Part shown: one piece after another, positions 55,944-64,000 of the stretch
Layout of the letters: every line of letters begins with the position of its first letter
How positions within the stretch are numbered: position 1 is the stretch's first letter
NCBI GenBank assembly: GCA_020137815.1
Contig: CM035355.1
Location: 5,146,001-5,210,000, forward strand
Origin: Hormiphora californensis
Taxonomy: Eukaryota > Animalia > Ctenophora
DNA: 64,000 bases
Direction: 5' to 3'
Notes under the pieces: generated by a model
What the model was told of the DNA's origin: nothing
Databases searched by the model: none
What the model saw: only the letters and a program-made list of their open reading frames with translations
Position numbers and translations under genes: made by a program

Positions 55944-58900
55944 GGTCAAGTTTCTGGTCGTTGCGAGGATTTTTCACAAATTTTCATTTAGATATTTCAA
56001 TATGTTCCTATGATAACTGGTACTCATAATACCACTAGACCGGTGTACAATTGTTTACTCTAAATTTCTGTGAAAACTAGAACTCAATTGCTTGCTCTAA
56101 AGCAAAGTTATAGCCGTTTTAACACGTGCGGAGCAAAATTGTGCGGAGCCCCCTCTGGAGGAGATGTTTTTCATCCTTTCTCCATGAAATTTTCGTATAT
56201 GTTCAATCAAATTATTTCTACCTATACTGTTTAAAAATGAAAAGTCGGGAACTCAAATTGTGCGGAGCACATCGATTTTTGTAGCAAATCTTACTCATTG
56301 GGGTTGCTTACATTAACTTAACATTTTATTTATAAACTATTTAATTCTAGAGACATTTTAGGAGCTCATGGAGTCATCAGCTGGATCAAAAAGTTTACTC
56401 AAATTAGTGTGGAGCCGATTTTTCCATATAGTCAAAATATAGTCGTTGGCCGATCTGTAGTAATACTTCCAAATAGAGTAATAAGTCAAAAAGTATTAGG
56501 GGTAGCGTCTTTAAATAAGTGAATTAACTTGGCAAAACGATAGTGGAGCAAGATTCTTGAATATTTCGAAGATACTAACTCAAAATATGTGGAGCAAATA
56601 CTGATTTTTTGACAAAAACTGCTCCACATCGTTTGAGTTGCGGTTAAACCGGTTCTTGATTTAAAAAATTAGTTGTGCAGATAATTGGGCACCAACAATT
56701 TACCATTTCAACCAGAAAGAGTTACTCAATTTGTGTGGAGGAGCCCCTAAAGGAGCCGTATCTGTGTCCAGACAGTCACAAAATTCGCCCAAAACCTTAT
56801 GGCATGCCCTGTTTCTGATTCTCAGAGAGGAAAATCATTGCTCCCCTGATTTTGAGTAAGGCTATACTAATGCTTGGTTAAATTATAACTAATATTTGGT
56901 CAAATACTCAATTGGTTGTAATATAACTCGATTTATCAAGGCCAAAGTAACTGATGGTATTCCATATTTTTATGTGTAATTGCTCCACACAATTTGAGTC
57001 CCATGATTAGGCAATATTATTAATGTAATATTACGGTCTGATGAACGTTATTTTAATGCAAATAAAACTTATTCTGTTAATACTCAAGGAGATAATTTAT
57101 ACTGCGAAAATGGAAGGGGAAATCATGTTTTGCTCCACACATTTTGAGTCATAAGATTAAATTACTGATAAAATAAGTACTGGTATCAGCGGGGGGAACT
57201 CAGGTTCTTCGTGCCAGCTGAGTTCTTCGAGCTCAGTCCCGTTGCCGTGGACCTGGTTGGCTGATGGTCCAGTGATTACGGTCAAATCACACCGGCTCTC
57301 TCCCCAATCTTGGGGAGTAAACTTTGCCAGAGACCTTGCCGAACTCAACTATGGCACCGAGCTCTTGCAGTGCGGCTGGTCCCTGCTGGGATTTGGTTCG
57401 GCGGTCGATTGATGAGCGGTTGGTTGACGATTAATATCAGTCGTTAATCGATCGTTTGTCGGTCGGTCGTCGGGCTGAGTCTTAGTGGGGATCCCGGTTG
57501 AACTGATAATCTCACCCCAGCCAGTAACCTTGTTACACATGGCAACCCATGATTTGTAATCACCGAGGGCCTCTGCCTACTAGGCATGCCTGTTGACCCT
57601 TCGGCTGTCTCCCATTTAATTATGGGGGTAAATTCTACGCCAGAGAACTAGCCTCCCTCAATTATGGCAACCCATGATTTGTAATCACCCGGCAGCTGTA
57701 GCCTTTAAAACAGCCCTCCTGTCCAACATCCCATATTGGTCGGACGGAGGTTACCTTCTCTCGCAAAAATAGGGGTTATTCCCCTGGGGAACCTCTGCCC
57801 AAATTTTTGCCACATACTACCTTTGCAGCTCCTCCACTGCCCAGACCTAGATGAGCTACGATACAAACTCGACTACCAAGATATCATCAACAACATTCTC
57901 ACTCCCAGCAACACACTGGATCTGCACAAATTCTCCAAATTAGTATACAGAAGTAACCTATTCGAATAAACCATCCCCAACCATCCCGATCTGAAAGAAG
58001 TAGCAAACCACAGGGCAAGAATCGCTACGGCCGGGGAATTCCACAAAACCACATCATAAGGGTCCCACTATTAAGGTAGGGCAGTTCTGGGCCATAACAA
58101 AGGGCCACCTCCGCCGTATGGCAAGTAATTACCCCGCAATAGTGCAACCCCTGGGAGCTGATAATTTGCCAAATGCTCACCAGAAGTTTACATAAGCGTT
58201 TTTCATGCTTATCTGTGCTTGCTAAGAAATTAGCTGTCCGGACCCCCAGGTTGCATGCTGATAAGTACTGCTAGCGGTTTTGACCAAAGACCTGAGGTGT
58301 GATAAGATATTTCAGCCGTCACCGATTAGATGGTGAACCCACGGTATTGTCATATCCGGCAACCCACCTACCTCTACAGCTCCCTGGAGCAGTAGTAACC
58401 AAAGACCAGTCTGTGAGACAGGTAAATTCCATCCATTGTCCTGACAATATAGGTATGTCAGTCTAATATTAGATTCACTGTATCAAATACTCTCCTTGTG
58501 ATGCCGGCGAAGGTTCGAGGGAAATGTTGAGCTTGCTCAACAAAATACCAGGACCCAAACCGGAACAACATCAACATTATCCCTACGTGTGGGGGACGGT
58601 GGCGAAGAGTGATATTAATATAGGTTGTCTGCCGACCATTGTGGGGCAGTAAAGTGGGAGGAATGACGGGCGGTGCAAAACACACACACACACACACACA
58701 CAAGTACTGGTATGTTATTGTCGCCACTTAGCATACGTTTTTAGCTTGATTGCTTGTGAATTAAACCTGCAAAGTATCGAAGTTAAAAATAATAATTTGG
58801 ACCCATGAATATAACACCTGCTCCACACAATATGAGCATATCAGGGTACATTTTTTTAGCATGGATATTTATTTTTAACATTTAGGAAAGGAGTTCTATT

Positions 58901-59304
58901 AATTTTAGAAGCTAAAATTACGTTTATCTTTCCTCAAATGGGCAATAAAAAAGGCTTCCCCTTCAAGCAGCTCTGGCTCCGCAAATTATGAGCAAATCGT
59001 TACTCATTGGTAATCACGGGTTAGTTTCATAAATTATCTTAATTTTTAAAGAGGTCCGACTGCTAAACCAATAAAACCTAAAAATCCAGAGAGCATTTAG
59101 CATCGTTGGCCTTGGGCTCCACATTATTTGAGTTGAAGTTCTAAAACACATGTAGTATACTAATTTAAACATATTTACATAAGTATACTAAATTTTATGT
59201 TGATTCAAGTACTCTAAGATGTCCTAATAAAGGTTTTAAAAATTTTGGTGGAAAATCCAACACCAACTTTTCCCAAAATCCTCGCAACGACCAGAAACTT
59301 GACC
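55944..59304. mobile_element. 3.36-kb non-autonomous DNA transposon with perfect 30-bp TIRs, flanked by ATAT
   Basis: ATAT|GGTCAAGTTTCTGGTCGTTGCGAGGATTTT (55944-55973) and AAAATCCTCGCAACGACCAGAAACTTGACC|ATAT (59275-59304). About 12 internal copies of a GCTCCACACAATTTGAGT-like motif; no transposase ORF seen. Confidence 0.85.
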
Positions 59305-59917
59305 ATATATTCTCCATCTAGACTTGACTCTCTCCTAGGCCAAATACCATTCTCTCTCCGTGTCTCTCCCAAGCTACCAAGTTCCTGCAAATGTTTCGAA
59401 TTGTCATCGTTGATTAGTTAGTAGCGACAGTGTCTCCACTCCTGCCACACAGATATATCTGGCAGGAGTGGAGAACTGAGCTGAACTGCATGGCTTCCAT
59501 CCCGAAATGTCTTGCAACAAAGGTAGAGCGTAACGAGAATCTATCTTTCTTTTTCTGTTTCTCTCGTTATCTTCCTTTCTTCTCTCTCTTTCTTTCTATC
59601 TTTCTTTGTCTCTCTCTCTCTCTGTAGATTCCTTTTTCTCTCTTCCTAGTTATACCTTTACCATCTGGTATCCAGCTGTCGTTCTATCAGTTTTAACAAA
59701 TTTACCAATAATTACAGATGAAACATACTACTATCTCACTTCTCCATCCCTTTTTTCTATCAACACTTCTCATTTTCACTTCATGTCTTGTTTTATCACA
59801 ATCTCATTTTTTATAATGCCTTCCTTCCAATCACATTCCTGTGTAGCCTTTTTCAGGGATTTATTTGCCGTATCTTAGGCCAATAAGGCCTGATGAACTA
59901 ATTGTAAGCTTCTCAAA

Positions 59918-60007
59918 AGCTGTCTGGCGGAGCCAGACCCCAATTTGATTCCCAAATTCTGAGCGTGCGACAGTGCGTTCAGATGGGGTCGGCGGCGCCA
60001 GACAGCT
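59918..60007. mobile_element. ~90-bp hairpin / mini-MITE
   Basis: AGCTGTCTGGCGGAGCCAGACCCC ... GGGGTCGGCGGCGCCAGACAGCT inverted ends. A similar TGTCTGGCGGCGCC end occurs at 24801. Confidence 0.55.
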
Positions 60008-60780
60008 CTTATGAACCAAACTTAGTAGCTTATTCTTTGATCATAATCCTCAAAAAAAAGGATAATGTCATCGATTACTTCAGGGTTATGATCTGTATCT
60101 ATCATTCCTTCATTGTTGTATCTTGTTTTTGAAATAGCATAGTCCGCTTCCTCTCTCTCTTCCTCTCTTTTTTCGTAGTGCATGGGTGATCTCAGAAATA
60201 GTATAGTGAGAAGATATGATCAGTCACTAGCGCCAAATGTCTCAGTAACGCAGCGAGAAGGAGTATAAAATATATATTCTGTCCCTGATCATGACTGTTA
60301 TCTAGTGTCTACTCATTATCATATGCAGCTTTAATAACATTTTCAGCTCTCCGCGTTTGTTTCATATTTGTCCCGGAATATATTATTCATTATCGGTTTG
60401 TCTCTTTTTTCATTTTATTCTGAATTGATAAGTAATTATGCCTGACCGCATCACGTTTTATCCCTGCAAAATATTCATTGTCCCCTGTTATCTTTTTATC
60501 GTTTTAACTTTGTTGTAAAGACATGCAAATATCGGTCCTTTTGGCCACCCCTAATTACTTGCAACTCCTTGCAATCCTGCACGCGGAGAGAGCCTGTACT
60601 GTAATTGTAAACGTTTACAAAGGTTTTTTAATTTTCCACCGATCTCTTTCGGCCCTTTCACAGCTTGATGGGAATCTTTGACTTTTTTAAAACATATTTA
60701 CAGTGAACCGTGCACCAGTAGTATGAACGTGATAGGAATTGTGATGAAATATACCTTCCCAACTGTTCAACCTTTAATTC

Positions 60781-60843
60781 TGTCTGGGCAGCATGAATTC
60801 CTTCATGCAGCTGTCAGCTGAAAGAATGCATGTTGCTCAGACA
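60781..60843. repeat. Imperfect inverted repeat (25-bp arms)
   Basis: TGTCTGGGCAGCATGAATTCCTTCA versus TGAAAGAATGCATGTTGCTCAGACA; ~175 bp upstream of the GPCR ATG. Confidence 0.7.
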
Positions 60844-61018
60844 ACTTTTCTAAACTTTATCCCTAGAATTCTTCATTCCCTTCTGTCTAGGTGGAGCGCG
60901 ACATCGCGGATCCCGCGAGACATGCAGTGTCAAGAGACTCACATTTTTCCTTCTTCTCTCTAGCTTCTCTCCAAATTCCTAATTCTCATTTTTGATTCCC
61001 TGTTTTCTCAGTAGTGAA

Positions 61019-63975
61019 ATGTCAGAGCGGAACACAATCGAGGTGATAGGCACAGCTGGTAATGGCTCCCTTCCTGGGTAAGTCCCGCACAACCCCCCTC
61101 CACCTTCCCCGGCCCCTTTCACACCCCCCTCCACCTTCCCCGGCCCCTTCACTAATTATTCTGTACCAATATATATTCATTTGCTACCAATTATCACTAC
61201 CAATATTGCCAGTATATTATTCATGACAGCCTGTAACATGCTGTTGTGGAGCAGAAACCATACTTTGCGTTTAAATCTGGAATATTTTGGTGGCCGGGGT
61301 TTGTTCGGTAGGGGTTATGATACAATTTAGGGCACATTTCGTCCTGCAAACATGTGCTGCAGTACGTGTTTTTCGGTAGGAAAGGATGTTTGTTTCAGCT
61401 TTGTTTATTAATGTTGGTAAACCGCGGCTGCAGTTGCACAGGAGGAGGGGTGTCTAGACATGACATGTCTCCTCCTCGTGTAGTGCAGTAAACAGAGGGC
61501 AATTAGTTGCGGATTCATGATGATTTAACCTACGGTAATTCCTGCAAGTTATGAGAGAGAAAAGAGAGAAAGAACTTTCTATTGTTGAGATACTAGCTAG
61601 TTAGCAGGGCATCATGTCATCAGGATTAGGATGCTTGTACGGTTGACCGGAAGATTGATTATATATCCCTCCTGTACGGATACATAGTCTGTGTAATTCT
61701 CTGCACAACTCCTGTCTTTATATTTTCCCACGGTGTAAATCCTGTGCATCCCACACAGCATGCATTGAATATCACAATTGACATGTCGCGACAGTTGACA
61801 GTACATGTGATATCTATGTCTGTGAAACCATGTCAATGCTTGATAGTCGGCACACACCCTAAACTTCATTGGAAGATAGCTGCCAGGCCAATGTTCTGAC
61901 AGGAAGATTATAGAGAGTGGGATTGGGAGAGAGAAAGAGGGAGATAGATAAATCAGAAAGTAAGGATAATAATTATTCTGCACGCGTCTCAGTTGTATCC
62001 TAATCCTGTCAGCAGTACTGCTAAATATCCAGTCATGAGTATGTAGAGGAGATAGTTATACTATGTAGAAGAGAGAGATATACTATTATATTGTAAAGGA
62101 GAGAGATATTATGTAGAAATATCAAATATCGACGGTTTGACGGAATATGTTGCCACCTCATCAACCCTTACAACACTTCACACCATGCTCCTTCGTGAGG
62201 TCAATGAATTGATGAGGTGGTAAAGGATCCCGGGGTACTGGGGTAGATCTCCGTCTCCCTTGTGTGGCTCACACCGTGCTCTGTGAGGGTTCGGTAGATC
62301 TCCGCGTCTCCCTTGTGTGGCTCACACCGCGCTCTGTGAGGGTTCGGTAGATCCCTGTCTCCCATAATCAGCGGGTGTTGAAGGAGAGAGGAATTGATAC
62401 TACTTTACACCAAAGTTGGGCAATCGAATAAATATTGGCGTCAAAATGACTCAAGTTAGGGGGATGAGTAGCCGTAGTGTTAATGATTCTTGGAAATCCA
62501 AGGTTTTTTATTGAAATCAAGTCTAGTCGACTGCTACTAATACATAAAGTCTAGTCGGCGCATTTGCTGCTAACATCAAGTCTAGTCGGTAGTGGCTATA
62601 GTAATTACAAGTCTAGTCGGAGACGTACTAGGTTTCTTTATGGCACCACACCTCTAAGTTGGCGATAAAAAGATTGCAAAGGAAAGACTTCTCCTGTTCA
62701 ACTTTGATATTCATCGTTCAATGTCTAGTTATATTGAGTTGGCTATGGCCTATGGGAAAGTAGGGTACCTAATTAGACCCGACACAATAACCCAATGAAT
62801 TGAATACAAATCCCATCACATACATGTTATAATAGTAGTCCCGTTTATCTTTCCCCGTTTGTTGCCAAGTCCATTTGTTTCCCAGTCCGTTTGTTTCTAG
62901 TGGGTCTGTCCTCTCTAACCCCCTCTCCCCTCCTTCCAGTGAAGCAATGGTTACAGATCCACCACTAACGACTCTTACCTGGGACCAACACGCTATTCCA
63001 TGGGTTGATATCATGTTGGCACTATTTTGTATCCTCCTAACCCTGGTGTCTACATGTGGTAACGCAGTGGCCATCAGATCCATATTAAAACTAAAGGCAA
63101 AGTAAGTAACTCCAAGTAACGTTGTCCCAATCTAGAGCTATATTCTTCATTTCTTGTTGAGCTCCCTGAAACTTAATTCTCCCTTTTTTCAGGCGGTTCA
63201 CAGATCGGAATAATCTCGGTTCCCTAACGTTGGTGATATTTCTAAATTTAGCAACATGTGATTTCCTTCAGACCCTCCTTTCTGCTCCATTTGCATCCCT
63301 CATGCTGTTCAACGGCCGAGTGGTAAGTGGGCGACAGTGAGAGAGATATAGTTTACCTCTTCTGCCCCTCGGCCCCTAAAATAATTTACCCGCCCCTGCA
63401 ACATGACTAAGTTGGAGGACTAAATTAGGAAAAAGGCAAGGATGATTCAATGTTAGTTTAGTTGATCTTAATCCCTGCAATTATATGATCCCTATTTTGC
63501 TTGCTAGACATCTCTTTGTCGGGTTGTAAGCCCATCAAGCCCCTACAGTCCCTCTGAAACATATTACAGTCACTGCCCTTTGGCAATCTTCCAGGCCCCA
63601 GAAATATTACTGCCCTTTGGCCCATGGTCTTTACATGAGTCATGACAATCTCTAGGCCCTATTCAGTAACTACCCCAAGTCTAACCCCCCTCTCTCCTCT
63701 CCCTCAGCAACCCTCTCTCTACCCCAAATCTAAACATCTCTCTCCTCCCACAGCAAGCCGGAGTGTCACCCCAAATCTAACCCTCTCTCTCCTCCCACAG
63801 CAAGCTGGAGTGTCACCCCGAACAGAAGCAGCCCTTTGCAACATTGCCGGTGTATGCTACTTCATAATGTCCCGTGCTAGTATTAGTATTGTGGCTGTTC
63901 TTTCCCTGGTGCGGTGTTATGTGATCCTGAGGCCAATGAACCATCATAGTGTGGTGAACTGGAAGAATGTCATGA
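61019..63975 (+). CDS. Rhodopsin-family (class A) G protein-coupled receptor, N-terminus through TM3/ICL2; continues beyond the window
   Basis: Exons 61019-61077, 62940-63101, 63193-63322 and 63801-63975 splice in phase with GTAAGT donors. N-terminal NGS sequon; TM1 ..LVSTCGNAVAI; TM2 FLNLATCDFL..APF; TM3 ALCNIAG..SISIVAVLSLVRCYVILRP. Confidence 0.9.
62243..62353. repeat. ~50-bp tandem duplication in GPCR intron 1
   Basis: GTAGATCTCC(GC)GTCTCCCTTGTGTGGCTCACACCG(T/C)GCTCTGTGAGGGTTCG occurs twice, plus a partial third copy. Confidence 0.85.
62519..62620. repeat. Four copies of AAGTCTAGTCG separated by dissimilar 17-20 bp spacers
   Basis: Copies start at 62519, 62547, 62578 and 62609 (periods 28, 31, 31). 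Confidence 0.85.
63673..63819 (+). repeat. 47-48 bp tandem repeat x3 spanning the splice acceptor of a GPCR exon
   Basis: ACCCCAAATCTAACCCTCTCTCTCCTCCCACAG|CAAGCTGGAGTGTC-like units at 63673, 63721 and 63768. Confidence 0.85.
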
Positions 63976-64000
63976 GTAAGTGGGTGCAGGGACTGTTGTA

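Noticed and set aside
62519-62620. CRISPR array call
   Set aside because: The repeat is only 11 bp, spacers are 17-20 bp, there are four copies, and there is no leader or cas gene; kept as an unexplained phased repeat.

Overview
Eukaryotic (animal, invertebrate-like) draft genomic DNA with short GT-AG introns, abundant (AG)n microsatellites and several stretches that look like uncorrected read noise (~2.66-3.14 kb, ~30.0-31.9 kb, ~52.3-54.9 kb). Gene style is reminiscent of a ctenophore, but that is inference only. Manual splicing recovers five gene-level units that the ORF track fragments. (1) A minus-strand secreted Cys-rich protein with pacifastin/VWC-like modules (2540 to <1). (2) Two tandem copies of a five-PDZ scaffold gene with a ~550-aa Arg/Ser/Asp repeat insert (~4.6-16.0 kb and ~16.05-24.7 kb); these are either paralogs or uncollapsed haplotypes. 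(3) A C2H2 zinc-finger transcription factor with an eh1-like motif (exons between ~32.1 and 41.5 kb). (4) A complete, apparently intact Academ-type DNA transposon (41877-47559; ~330-bp TIR regions, ACT target duplication) whose five exons splice to a 1441-aa transposase + XPG/PIN nuclease + Cys-rich protein. (5) The 5' part of a class A GPCR (61019 to >63975). Also present: a CR1-group LINE RT, a 3.4-kb TIR element carrying ~12 copies of an 18-bp motif, a three-deep nest of TIR elements in one intron, many small hairpin elements, recurrent RFX X-box-like palindromes (including an intronic tandem array), tandemly duplicated splice acceptors in two unrelated genes, and a short 31-bp-phased repeat/variable-spacer array. 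No rRNA, tRNA or CRISPR locus is supported.
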